Shown: positions 18,936 to 28,106 of the stretch, one piece after another | Layout: the number at the start of each line of letters is the position of its first letter | Position numbering within the stretch: the stretch's first letter is position 1 | NCBI GenBank assembly: GCA_016215405.1 | Contig: JACRJQ010000005.1 | Span: 75,560 to 139,559 of the forward strand | Length of the DNA stretch: 64,000 nt | Direction: 5' to 3' | Source: Candidatus Tayloriibacteriota bacterium | GTDB taxonomy: Bacteria > Patescibacteriota > Minisyncoccia > Phycocordibacterales > UBA6065 | Made by a program: the position numbers and the translations under genes | The notes under the pieces: model-generated | Told to the model about the DNA's origin: nothing | The model's database searches: none | The model's input: only the letters and a program-made list of their open reading frames with translations

Positions 18936-19793
18936 TCAGATCCTCCGGAATTCTCCTAGCCTCTCCTCTATGAGGCCTTTTATCTCGAGGAGAGATATGA
19001 GAGAGCTTATCTTCGACGTCTCCATGTCGAGCCTGTCGAGGAGGTCGTCGCGAGAGAGAGGCGACGACAGGACTTCGATCACCTTTATCTCGTCGGCCGA
19101 GAGGTCCGAATAGTCCGTCTCGCTCCTCTCCGCGCCCGGCTTGAACCCGAGGGCTTCGGCGAGGTCGGCCGCGCACGTAAGGGGGGTCGCCCCGAGGCGT
19201 ATGAGCATGTGAGGCCCCGCGCTCTGGGAGGAGAATATGGAGCCAGGGACGGTAAAGACGTTCCTGTTGAATTCGGTCGCGTATTTCGACGTGATAAGGG
19301 TCCCCGACTTTATATCCGCTTCGACCACGAGCGTCGCGTGGGATATCCCCGCCATGATCCGGTTGCGCGCGGGAAAGGTCCAGGGCGCCGCCTTGACGCC
19401 CTCCTCGAACGGGGAAACGAGGCATCCTCCCGCCCTCACGATCTCTTTCGCGAGCTCGCGGTTGGCGGCCGGATATATAGACTCCTCGGACAGGCCCGAT
19501 CCCGGCACCGCGACCGTCTTGAGGCCGTATCTGAGGGCGGTGCGGTGGGCGATGGAATCGATCCCGAAAGCGAGCCCCGATACGATGACGACGGGTAGGC
19601 CTGAAAGCCCAGAAAGGAGCGATTCTACGGCTTCTTTGCCGTAGTCGCTGTGCCGCCTCGATCCCACCACCGTAAGGAGCATGTTCTCGGCCGAGGGGAA
19701 GCTTCCTATCATATAGAGCTTTTTCGGCGGGCTCGGCATCTCTCGCAGAAGCGGCGGGAAATCCTCTGGGGCGAGCGTCCTTATGGAATTCAT
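18936..19793 (-). CDS. dprA: DNA-processing protein DprA
   Basis: VVGSR, IVSGLAFGIDSIAH, FPARNRIMAG, SGTLIT and C-terminal winged helix LEIKG. Confidence 0.95.
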   Translation of the reverse strand: MNSIRTLAPEDFPPLLREMPSPPKKLYMIGSFPSAENMLLTVVGSRRHSDYGKEAVESLLSGLSGLPVVIVSGLAFGIDSIAHRTALRYGLKTVAVPGSGLSEESIYPAANRELAKEIVRAGGCLVSPFEEGVKAAPWTFPARNRIMAGISHATLVVEADIKSGTLITSKYATEFNRNVFTVPGSIFSSQSAGPHMLIRLGATPLTCAADLAEALGFKPGAERSETDYSDLSADEIKVIEVLSSPLSRDDLLDRLDMETSKISSLISLLEIKGLIEERLGEFRRI

Positions 19794-19834
19794 AGGAAAT
19801 TAGTGTACTATTGAGAGGTTAAAGGAAATCTAAA

Positions 19835-21097
19835 ATGCTGGATATAAAGTTCATCAGGGAGAATAAGGATATCGTAAAAGCGGGCGCCAAGAAGAAGCAT
19901 GTCGATGTCGATATCGACGCTCTCGTCGCGCTCGATCTCGAGCGCCTCGCCCTTCAGGCCGAGGTCGAGAACGCTCGCGCGCGACAGAATGCCGTCTCCA
20001 AAGAGATGCCTTCTGCCGACGCCGACAAGAAGTCGAAGCTCCTCGAAGAGATGAAGACCCTCAAGGCCGTCCTCCAGGCGAACGAGGAGAAGCTCAAGGA
20101 GGCGATGAAGAAATGGCAGGATCTCATGCTTCGCGTCCCGAATATCCCTGACATATCGGTGCCCGATGGGGCGAGCGACTCGGAGAATAAGGAAGTGAAG
20201 GTCTGGGGCGAGAAGCCTGCGTTCGCGTTCGAGCCGAAAGACCACGTAGAGATCATGACCTCCTTGGGAATGGTCGATTTCGAGCGCGGGGCGAAGGTCC
20301 ACGGATTCCGCGGCTATTTCCTCACAGGAGCGGGAGCGAGGCTCTCCTTCGCTATCTGGAACTACGCGATGGAATTCTTCTCTAAGCGCGGATTTACGCC
20401 GGTGATCCCGCCTACGATCGTAAGGAAAGAGAATCTCTACGGCACGGCGCATCTTCCGGGAGACGTCGAAGACTATTATATGACTCAGGACGGCGACGCT
20501 CTGGCCGGCACGGCAGAGGTCCCCGTCATGTCGTTCCATTCCGGAGAGGTCCTCGACGAGAAATCGTTCCCGATAAAATATCTCGGCTTCTCGCCGTGCT
20601 ATAGGCGCGAGGCGGGCAGCCACTCGAAAGACGTCAAAGGCCTCATACGCGTACATGAGTTCTACAAGCTCGAGCAGGTCATACTCTGCGAGGCTTCTCA
20701 CGAGACGTCCGTCCGTCTCCACGACGAGCTCAATCGCAATACCGAGGAGTTCATCGAGTCTCTGGGCATCCCGTACCACACGGTCATAAACTGCGGCGCC
20801 GACCTCGGGTTGGGACAGGTAAAGAAGTACGACATCGAGCTTTGGGTCCCGAAGGAAGGCAAATACCGCGAGATATCCTCCGCTTCGTACTTCCACGACT
20901 TCCAGACGAGGCGCTTTAACATCCGCTATAAGGATGCCGAGGGGAAGCTCCGCTACGCGCACTCGCTCAACTGCACCGCGATCCCTACGCCTCGCATCCT
21001 CGTGTCTTTGGTGGAGAACATGCAACAGCCTGACGGCTCCGTGAGGATACCTGCCGCCCTTAGGCCTTATTTCGGCTCTGACGTAATAAAGAAATAG
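19835..21097 (+). CDS. serS: Serine--tRNA ligase
   Basis: MLDIKFIR, GTAEVP, CYRREAGS, GLIRVHEFYKLEQ, YREISSAS and AHSLN. Confidence 0.96.
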   Translation: MLDIKFIRENKDIVKAGAKKKHVDVDIDALVALDLERLALQAEVENARARQNAVSKEMPSADADKKSKLLEEMKTLKAVLQANEEKLKEAMKKWQDLMLRVPNIPDISVPDGASDSENKEVKVWGEKPAFAFEPKDHVEIMTSLGMVDFERGAKVHGFRGYFLTGAGARLSFAIWNYAMEFFSKRGFTPVIPPTIVRKENLYGTAHLPGDVEDYYMTQDGDALAGTAEVPVMSFHSGEVLDEKSFPIKYLGFSPCYRREAGSHSKDVKGLIRVHEFYKLEQVILCEASHETSVRLHDELNRNTEEFIESLGIPYHTVINCGADLGLGQVKKYDIELWVPKEGKYREISSASYFHDFQTRRFNIRYKDAEGKLRYAHSLNCTAIPTPRILVSLVENMQQPDGSVRIPAALRPYFGSDVIKK

Positions 21098-21101
21098 ACC
21101 C

Positions 21102-21944
21102 ATGCGAGGGGAAGTACGGGTCTATCAAAGGAAGATCGTCGCTAAGAAGAGGCGACAGGCCTTCTACTATCCATTCTATTCCCTTTGCGCCGCGACGATC
21201 TTCGTCTGCGCCCTCTCTTTCGTAAGCCATATCGAATCCCTCTCGATACAGAGGGTCGAGATCGCGGGCAACGAGCGCATGCTCTCGTCCGACATCGAAT
21301 CGATAGTATGGAAGTCGCTTTCAGGGAACTATCAAGGCCTCTTCTCCAGGCGAAACGCTCTGCTCTATCCGCGCGACGAGATAGCCGTGTCTATCGCCCT
21401 CGCGCCTCTCGTGAAGTCGGTCGAGGTTTCTCGAGAGGGGCTCGGTACGGTATCCGTGCGGATCGTAGAGAGAGAAGAAGCCGCCCTTTGGTGCGAGGAT
21501 GATAGCGAAGAGGCTCTCTGCTATTCGGTCGACGAAGAAGGTTTCGTATTCGCGTCGGTTTTCGACCGCGCCTCTTCGACGGAGAGCTTCGTCTATCGCG
21601 GGCTCATCGAAGAAGAGCCTATCGGCAAGAAGCTCCTTTCAGGACCGGAGTTCAAGAAGATGCAGTTCTTCATCCGCGAGCTCTCCGGTCTCTCGGTCGA
21701 GCCGCGCGAGGCGCGCCTCGGCGGATCCGGATCGCTCTCTGTGCTCCTAGGGGCCGGCGGAAGGATAGTAGTAAACCAGAGGGACGACCTTTCCGCGGTC
21801 CTCGGCAACATCGCCGCGGTCATATCGGACAGGAAGGTCGCCCCTGACCTGCGCGCGTTCCTCGATACGCTCGACTATATAAAGTTCGACGCCGGCAACA
21901 AGGTCGTCTATAAGGTGAAGGGCTCGACCGCCCCCCTGGAGTAG
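21102..21944 (+). CDS. FtsQ/DivIB-like POTRA-domain protein
   Basis: Basic N-terminus, TM helix, IQRVEIAGN, VRIVERE and C-terminal LDYIKFDAGNKV. Confidence 0.65.
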   Translation: MRGEVRVYQRKIVAKKRRQAFYYPFYSLCAATIFVCALSFVSHIESLSIQRVEIAGNERMLSSDIESIVWKSLSGNYQGLFSRRNALLYPRDEIAVSIALAPLVKSVEVSREGLGTVSVRIVEREEAALWCEDDSEEALCYSVDEEGFVFASVFDRASSTESFVYRGLIEEEPIGKKLLSGPEFKKMQFFIRELSGLSVEPREARLGGSGSLSVLLGAGGRIVVNQRDDLSAVLGNIAAVISDRKVAPDLRAFLDTLDYIKFDAGNKVVYKVKGSTAPLE

Positions 21945-21960
21945 GTTAGAGTTGTCCTCT

Positions 21961-22941
21961 ATGGAATACGGATTCTGGAAAAAGCTCCGAAAGCCCTTCT
22001 TCGTCCTCGCGCCTATGGCGGACGTGACGGACTGCGCCTTTCGCCGGATCATCGAGGAGCATGGCCGCCCAGACGTCTTTTGGACCGAATTCGTCTCTGC
22101 CGACGGCCTCGCGTCCCCTGGAAAGAAGGTCCTCATGCGCGATCTCGAATTCACTAAGAAGGAGAAGCCGATCGTCGCCCAGCTTTTCTCTTCGCGGCCG
22201 GATAAGATGCGGGAAGCGGCGGCTCTCTGCCAGAGCCTGGGATTCGACGGCATAGACATAAATATGGGCTGTCCCGACCGCTCGATCGAAAAGCAGGGTT
22301 GCGGCGCCGCTATGATAAAGAACCCGAAGCTCGCGCGCGAGGTGATCCGTGCGGCAAAAGAAGGCGCGCCGAAGCTCCCAGTGTCGGTAAAGACCCGCAT
22401 CGGGTACAACAAGAACGAGATATCGACGTGGATACCTGAGATCCTCTCGGAGGGGGTCGCCGCCCTCACCGTCCACTGTCGCACCCGCAAGGAGCTCTCG
22501 CTCGTGCCTGCGCGCTGGGAGCATGTCCGCGAGGTCGTCTCGCTTCGCGATAGGCTCGCGCCCGATACCTTGATCCTCGGCAACGGCGACGTCAAAGACC
22601 TTGACGACGCGCGCGCGAAGGCGAGCGAGTTCGGCGTCGACGGCGTCATGCTCGGTCGCGCTATATTCGGGAATCCATGGCTCTTCTCGTCCCTTCACGG
22701 AACTCAATCCGTGCCCACCATATCCGAGAAGCTCGAGGTGATGGTCGAGCACACGAAGCTCTTCGAAAAGCTTCTCGGAGATATAAAGAGCTTCGCTATC
22801 ATGAAGAAGCACTATAAGGCGTATGTGAACGGCTTTGACGGGGCCAAGGAGTTTAGGACGGAGCTCATGGAAGCGAAGGACGCGAAGGAGGTGGAAGAGA
22901 GGGTGAAGGCGTTTCTTGCGGCCCGCGCAGACTTGAAATAA
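21961..22941 (+). CDS. dus: tRNA-dihydrouridine synthase (Dus family)
   Basis: LAPMADVTD, IDINMGCP, VSVKTRIG, TVHCRT, GNGDV and MLGRAIFGNPWLF. Confidence 0.93.
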   Translation: MEYGFWKKLRKPFFVLAPMADVTDCAFRRIIEEHGRPDVFWTEFVSADGLASPGKKVLMRDLEFTKKEKPIVAQLFSSRPDKMREAAALCQSLGFDGIDINMGCPDRSIEKQGCGAAMIKNPKLAREVIRAAKEGAPKLPVSVKTRIGYNKNEISTWIPEILSEGVAALTVHCRTRKELSLVPARWEHVREVVSLRDRLAPDTLILGNGDVKDLDDARAKASEFGVDGVMLGRAIFGNPWLFSSLHGTQSVPTISEKLEVMVEHTKLFEKLLGDIKSFAIMKKHYKAYVNGFDGAKEFRTELMEAKDAKEVEERVKAFLAARADLK

Positions 22942-23002
22942 GGGACTTTGAGGAGTAGGGTGGGTCCGACGAATCCTCGTTCCTTTCAAACCCACGACCA
23001 CC

Positions 23003-23443
23003 ATGACCGACAAACGAAAACAGCCGCGGACGAAGGTCCGCTGGTTCCTCTGCGCTCTTACGAACGCTGCGCACCACAACCTCGGGCAGTCTCTCGGCTC
23101 TTCAGGGGTCTCTGACGAGACCCGCCTCAACGAAAAGATGAAGACCGCTGACGGAGAATACGATCTCTGGGACTGCGAAGGCATGACGTCTTCGGACGTC
23201 AAACGCCTCGCGATCGATTTCCTCAAGTCTGACCAGCCTGTGCGCATCTACCGCAAGCACGGAGACAATTTGCCCAAGCGGTGGGCGGATAGCGACGTGA
23301 CGGAGGCCGAACGAGGCTCTCTCGATCGCCAAAAGGAGAAAGGGCGGCCGAAAGAGCCCTCTCCTGAAAGTCCCGCCGCCCTCGCGAAAGCGCGCCTCGA
23401 CGAGCTCCTCGCCAAGCGAGGAGGGTCGAAAAAGGCTTCGTGA
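23003..23443 (+). CDS. Hypothetical protein
   Basis: 146-aa ORF followed by a hairpin and T-run; no recognisable motif. Confidence 0.6.
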   Translation: MTDKRKQPRTKVRWFLCALTNAAHHNLGQSLGSSGVSDETRLNEKMKTADGEYDLWDCEGMTSSDVKRLAIDFLKSDQPVRIYRKHGDNLPKRWADSDVTEAERGSLDRQKEKGRPKEPSPESPAALAKARLDELLAKRGGSKKAS

Positions 23444-23553
23444 TGGATCCGTCCCGACCATCGCGACCTCGAGCTCTGCCGCATCTGCAGCGGAGCTTTT
23501 TTATGGTACAAGGCGGCGCTTGCAAACTTCGGCCGGAAGAGTAGAGTTCATGG

Positions 23554-23708
23554 TACCGGCCCTGGTCCACAAGAACTAGAGGGCCACAGAGGGCGGTCCG
23601 AACTGTTCGGTTCTGACCGCCCTCTCCCGATCTTTTGAATTCGCCCGTAAGGCTTCACGGGCGCTTAGCCATACTGCGGGCGGGAGCTTCAAGTTCCTGC
23701 CCGCTTTT
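23554..23708 (+). ncRNA. Candidate structured small RNA 1
   Basis: TTGCAA-N16-TAGAGT promoter at 23520-23547, successive hairpins (including an 11-bp stem 23588-23598/23615-23625) and a terminal hairpin 23676-23704 with T4; no ORF. Confidence 0.4.
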
Positions 23709-23760
23709 CATATCGAGACCTCTTCTTGCAACGCGGAGTTCGCGGGTGTAGATTTAGGGA

Positions 23761-23918
23761 GACCTCGGGGCGGCGGCAGTAGGACCTCTCGGGCAAGAAG
23801 CCTTTCGGCATCTAGGGCCTGCTTGGAACCGAGCCTGCCGCTCCAAGTTCTTCGTTTTTTTGGGCGGTATTCATGTATGTGGGCGCGGGCGGGACCTCCT
23901 TGGTCCTGCCCGCCTTTT
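23761..23918 (+). ncRNA. Candidate structured small RNA 2
   Basis: TTGCAA-N17-TAGATT promoter at 23726-23754 and a GC-rich stem; ends at the T-run near 23855-23861 or at hairpin 23885-23913 with T4. Confidence 0.35.
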
Positions 23919-23932
23919 GTTATACTGGGCGC

Positions 23933-24826
23933 ATGAAGCCTTTCCGCGGACGCTTCGGCGCGCAAAGCGGGTTCACCCTCATAGAGCTCCTCGTCGTGAT
24001 ATCGATAATATCGCTCCTTTCGTCTGTCGTCCTCTCGCAGCTTAACGCGGCGAGGGAGAAGGGGAGGCTCGGCAGCGCGAAGCAGTTCGCGGCCCAAGTC
24101 GACCGCGTGGCGGGAGATAGGGCTGTCGGTATCTGGGAGCTCGACGAGTGCTCCGGCGCGGCCGCGGCGGATAGGTCTGGAAACGGGAACAACGCTTCGC
24201 TTTCAGGCAGCCCTTCATGGCTTTCAGATACTCCCGACTCGACAGGCTGCTCTCTGAGCCTTAACGGCTCGACCCAAGGCGCTCTCGTGCCTCATGCGCC
24301 ATCCCTAGATCTCACAGGCGACATGACCTTTTCCATATGGTTCTATGCCAACGCGTCGAGCTGGCCCGCGAGCTGGCAGTCCCTCATGTCGAAAGGAAAC
24401 GCGACTCCGCGCAACTATTTTATGAACGTGATGAGCGGGGAGAGCGTCGTCGCGAACGATTGCTCCGACCAGACCGGGGGCTTTCAGTTCGGCTACCACG
24501 ACGGGACGACTTTCCGGCTCGTCGATATAAACGCGAGCTCTGTGCCGACCCAGCGGTGGGTGAACGCTGTCGGGGTGATATCCGCGAATGGGGCTAATCG
24601 CGACGTGAAGCTCTATATAGACGGACAGTTGAGGGCTTCGGCTTTGTGCTCTAACGCCCCTACGTCGAATACGGTGCCTCTCTCGATCGGCTCTATCCAG
24701 AATTCGATCGAGTTCTTCAACGGGAGAATAGATAAGGTCCGCCTATTCGAAAAATCGCTTACAGCGTCCGAAGTAGGCAGGATGTATGCCGCAGAGGCTC
24801 CGAAATATGAATTCGCATATGAATAG
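23933..24826 (+). CDS. Type IV pilin-like protein fused to a LamG/ConA-like lectin domain (1 of 5)
   Basis: G|FTLIELLVVISII prepilin motif; LamG features TFSIW, KLYIDG, FNGRIDKVRLF and LTASEV. Confidence 0.88.
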   Translation: MKPFRGRFGAQSGFTLIELLVVISIISLLSSVVLSQLNAAREKGRLGSAKQFAAQVDRVAGDRAVGIWELDECSGAAAADRSGNGNNASLSGSPSWLSDTPDSTGCSLSLNGSTQGALVPHAPSLDLTGDMTFSIWFYANASSWPASWQSLMSKGNATPRNYFMNVMSGESVVANDCSDQTGGFQFGYHDGTTFRLVDINASSVPTQRWVNAVGVISANGANRDVKLYIDGQLRASALCSNAPTSNTVPLSIGSIQNSIEFFNGRIDKVRLFEKSLTASEVGRMYAAEAPKYEFAYE

Positions 24827-25637
24827 AAGAGCCTTCACCCTCATAGAGCTCCTCGTCGTGATATCGATAATATCGCTCCTTTCGTCTGTCGTCCTCTCGC
24901 AGCTTAACGCGGCGAGGGAGAAGGGAAGATTGGGCGCCGCCCGCCATTTTGCGGCCCAGGTCGAGCATACCGCGGGAGACCTCGTCGTGGGCATGTGGAG
25001 CTTCGACGAGTGCGCGGGGCTTTCCACCGCCGATAGGTCCGGGTTCGGGAACAACGGAGTCCTTCAGAATATGGCGGGCACGTCCGAGTGGTCGTCCGAT
25101 ACGCCGTCAGGTACGGGATGCTCGCTCCTCCTTGACGGCACGAACGACTACGTCTCCGTCCCGGATTCTGCGAGCCTCGATCTCAGCGGCGTGGCGACCT
25201 TGTCTATCTGGGTAAAATCGAGCGGCACGAACGCATATTCCGGATTCATGAATAAGACGAGCGCCCTTACCGGATATCAATTCGGCATCGGCGCTTCGAA
25301 TAGCATCCGCGGGGATCTCTATAACGGCACGACCTATATAAGCCCGATGCACACGACGAACGTCCTCGATGGAAAATGGCATCATATCGCGGTGGCGTAT
25401 GACGGCGTCGCCGCAAAGGTCTATGTCGACGGGATCGCGGGCGGCGCGGTCGCGGGATCAGGCTTCGTCACGGCTAACAACGCCTCTTTCGTCATAGGCA
25501 ACGACGTGTGCTGCGGAGGGAGATTCTTTAACGGCAGGATAGACGAGGCGAGGGTATTCGCCAAGGCTCTGACGGCGAAAGAGGTAGAAAGGATCTACGC
25601 GTCTGAGAAAAAGGGGTCCCAGGTCGCCGGCATCTGA
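24819..25637 (+). CDS. Type IV pilin-like protein fused to a LamG domain (2 of 5)
   Basis: A|FTLIELLVV; WHHIAVAYDG, VYVDG and FNGRIDEARVF; overlaps the upstream stop. Confidence 0.88.
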   Translation: MNRRAFTLIELLVVISIISLLSSVVLSQLNAAREKGRLGAARHFAAQVEHTAGDLVVGMWSFDECAGLSTADRSGFGNNGVLQNMAGTSEWSSDTPSGTGCSLLLDGTNDYVSVPDSASLDLSGVATLSIWVKSSGTNAYSGFMNKTSALTGYQFGIGASNSIRGDLYNGTTYISPMHTTNVLDGKWHHIAVAYDGVAAKVYVDGIAGGAVAGSGFVTANNASFVIGNDVCCGGRFFNGRIDEARVFAKALTAKEVERIYASEKKGSQVAGI

Positions 25638-25649
25638 TATACTTTCCAT

Positions 25650-26684
25650 ATGTCACACGAAGTCCTCTATAGGAAATACAGGCCCCAGAACTTCAAGGAG
25701 GTGATCGGCCAGGATTCGGTCGTAAAGGCCCTCAAGGGCGCGATAGAGTCGGGAGCGGTCGCTCACGCCTATCTTTTCGCGGGCTCTCGCGGCATCGGCA
25801 AGACTTCGATCGCGCGAATATTCGCGAACGAGATAGGGACGAGCCCGAACGACGTCTATGAGATAGACGCGGCGTCGAACCGCGGCATCGACGATATCCG
25901 AGCGCTCCGCGACGCGGTCGCAACGCTTCCGTTCGAGTCCAAATTTAAAGTCTATATCATCGACGAAGTCCACATGCTCACGAAGGAGGCCTTTAACGCG
26001 CTCCTCAAGACCCTCGAAGAGCCGCCGAAGCATGTCGTATTCATCCTCGCTACGACCGAGGTCCATAAGCTCCCTGAGACCATCGTCTCGCGCTGCCAGG
26101 TGTTCGAGTTCAAGCGCCCGACCCTCGAGATACTCAAGGACGTCGTCACGACCATCGCCAAAAAGGAAGGCTTCTCGATCGAGCCTTCGGCGGCAGAGCT
26201 CGTAGCCCTCGTGGGCGATGGGTCGTTCCGCGATACTCACGGGACCCTCGAGCGCGTCATCGCCGGCATAAGCGGCAAGAAGATATCGAAAGAGGATGTC
26301 GAGGAAGCGACAGGCGCTCCGAAATCAGAGCTCGTCCGCGGATTCGTCCTCGCCCTCGCGAACAAGGATTCGAAGGCCGCGTTCGATTCTTTGGCCAAGC
26401 TGCGCGCGAAGTCGTTCGACCCGAAGCTCTTCCTCGAGCTATCCGTATCCCTCGTCCGTCTCGCCCTCTTCGTGAAGATGGGCGTATCGAGCGACCTTGT
26501 CGATCAGGCATCGGACGAAGACAAGGCGTTTTTCAAAGACGTCTCGGCGAAAGTCGATTCGAAGCTCCTGCGCTCTCTCCTCGGCGCATTCGACTATATC
26601 GGCGTCTCTCCGATCCGCGAACTGCCTCTCGAGCTCGCCGTGCTCGACATAGCAGGGGAGAAGGAGCAGAGGCTTTTCGCCTAG
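25650..26684 (+). CDS. dnaX: DNA polymerase III subunit gamma/tau
   Basis: LYRKYRP, HAYLFAGSRGIGKT, EIDAASNRG, IIDEVHML, LLKTLEEPP and SRCQ. Confidence 0.95.
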   Translation: MSHEVLYRKYRPQNFKEVIGQDSVVKALKGAIESGAVAHAYLFAGSRGIGKTSIARIFANEIGTSPNDVYEIDAASNRGIDDIRALRDAVATLPFESKFKVYIIDEVHMLTKEAFNALLKTLEEPPKHVVFILATTEVHKLPETIVSRCQVFEFKRPTLEILKDVVTTIAKKEGFSIEPSAAELVALVGDGSFRDTHGTLERVIAGISGKKISKEDVEEATGAPKSELVRGFVLALANKDSKAAFDSLAKLRAKSFDPKLFLELSVSLVRLALFVKMGVSSDLVDQASDEDKAFFKDVSAKVDSKLLRSLLGAFDYIGVSPIRELPLELAVLDIAGEKEQRLFA

Positions 26685-26738
26685 ATCGAATCGAGAAATA
26701 AACGCCTCAACCGGTTGAGGTGTTTGGAATGGCCAGGG

Positions 26739-27337
26739 TTAGCTATTTTTGGGCGTGAATTCAAAGACGAGCCCTTCGGATCTTAGATAAGAGAAATTGC
26801 TATCACAGACTTCGAATCCGACGAACGAGCAGTCGCCGATCTCTTTGAGCTCGCCCCATTTGAGATAGTCGCGAAAGAGGACCCTAAGAGGCCCTCCATG
26901 GGTCACGACCGCTACGCTCTCGTATCCCGATCCTAGGATGCGGCCGAACCCCGCGATGACGCGATCGCTGAAATCCTCGTAGGATTCAGCTCCTTCGATC
27001 GTGTTGAGCCTGTCTTTGAGCGCCTCGACGAGCGTCTGGTGCGATCTTTTCGCATCCTCCTTTTTCATCCCTGTAAGGATGCCGTATTGGTTGCGCTCGC
27101 GGATGTCGCTTCGCGGTTCGGTTGGCGCGCCCGTCTGCGCCGCTATCGCCGCGCCGGTCTCTCTCGCTCTCGAAAGGGAGCTCGTGAATATCTTCTCTAT
27201 GCCCTCGCTCTTGAGCTTGAGCGCGACCTGCTCAGACTGCTCGCGTCCCTTCTCGGAAAGGCTGTCGTCATAATCGCCTCCGTAGCGGTTCTCGATATCT
27301 CCTGTCGTCTCTCCGTGTCTTAGAAAAATATCTTCAT
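26739..27337 (-). pseudogene. Histidine phosphatase family gene with a frameshift 5 codons after the start
   Basis: ATG AAG ATA TTT TTC TAA. The -1 frame continues LRHGET...SSLSRARETG...VTHGG to the stop at 26739 and has no in-frame ATG/GTG/TTG upstream of RHG. Confidence 0.7.
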
Positions 27338-27437
27338 AGCCGATGATTTATAGTGGTGAGATGGGGTGTAGCGCGCAGAAGGCGCATCATCAGTATACGG
27401 ATTATAGGAATGTGTTGCGAGCAGCACGACCTTGAGT

Positions 27438-27746
27438 CTATTTCTTGGTTCTTTTGTCGAGTATCGCTCGTACAGAGGGGCTTAGCGGCTTGTCGGTGCG
27501 GTGTGTGCAGCCGATCCAGCAGCAGGGCCTCCGCTTGCCTTCCTTGAGCTTTTTTACGAGTCTTTCTATATGTTCCTTTCTCGTCTCCTCCTTTTTTACG
27601 GAGACGGTCCAGCATATCCACTCGTTGCGGGAGAGCGGCGTGAGGAGCTCCCATGCCCTGAGTGCCGTCTTATTCGAAACAAGCGCCTTTCGCATGTCCG
27701 TTGGCACGGTATGCGCTGTGCCGCCTGAGATATTCTTATCGGCCAT
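27438..27746 (-). CDS. YdeI/OmpD-associated family protein
   Basis: VPTDMRKAL...AWELLTPLSRNEWICW...KKEETRKEHI...RRPCCWIGC; start at ATG 27746. Confidence 0.8.
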   Translation of the reverse strand: MADKNISGGTAHTVPTDMRKALVSNKTALRAWELLTPLSRNEWICWTVSVKKEETRKEHIERLVKKLKEGKRRPCCWIGCTHRTDKPLSPSVRAILDKRTKK

Positions 27747-27789
27747 ATATCTTATTGTACGCTTTTTGAGCAGGTTGGGGTGCGGGTAA

Positions 27790-27990
27790 GTCTGGACTTG
27801 GACCGCGAATACGCTTATCGCCCTCGACTCGAATCTCGCCGTCGCTCGATTCGGTCTGGGCACCGCCTCGCTCCCGCCGGAAGCCGTCGGGTCCTGCTCC
27901 GGCGTTCGATTCCAAACGCGATGCATTTCCATGCATCGCTGTCCGGCAACTACTCGCCGCAGCTTCTAGTTGCCGGACTTGGAATCGAAC
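27790..27990. repeat. tRNA-Gln 3' trailer: split antisense copy of the tRNA 3' end with an inserted hairpin
   Basis: 27904-27915 pairs with 27979-27990 and 27941-27952 pairs with 27967-27978, with hairpin 27918-27939 between them; partial sense copy GGACTTGGA near 27794. Confidence 0.8.
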
Positions 27991-28040
27991 CAAGATTCTA
28001 GGCTCCAAAGGCCCATGTCCTACCATTAGACGATCCGGCA
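27970..28040 (-). tRNA. tRNA-Gln(TTG)
   Basis: TGCCGGA/TCCGGCA acceptor stem, anticodon loop CTTTGGA and GGTTCGATTCC T-arm. Confidence 0.93.
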
Positions 28041-28106
28041 ATATGTGGCCTTAAAAGTACACCAAAAGAGCTTTAATTGAAAGTTTTGGATGCTATAGTA
28101 AATGGT

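Noticed and set aside
23520-23918. RNase P, SRP, tmRNA or c-di-GMP riboswitch
   Set aside because: Core signatures (GAGGAAAGUCC, SRP helix-8 CAGG/AGCAG, tRNA-like ends, GEMM GCAAA..GAAA..GACGCAAA) were not found by eye; kept only as unknown sRNA candidates.
23972-24925. Diversity-generating retroelement TR/VR pair
   Set aside because: The repeats are identical N-terminal coding cassettes with no adenine-specific mismatches, and there is no reverse transcriptase in the window.
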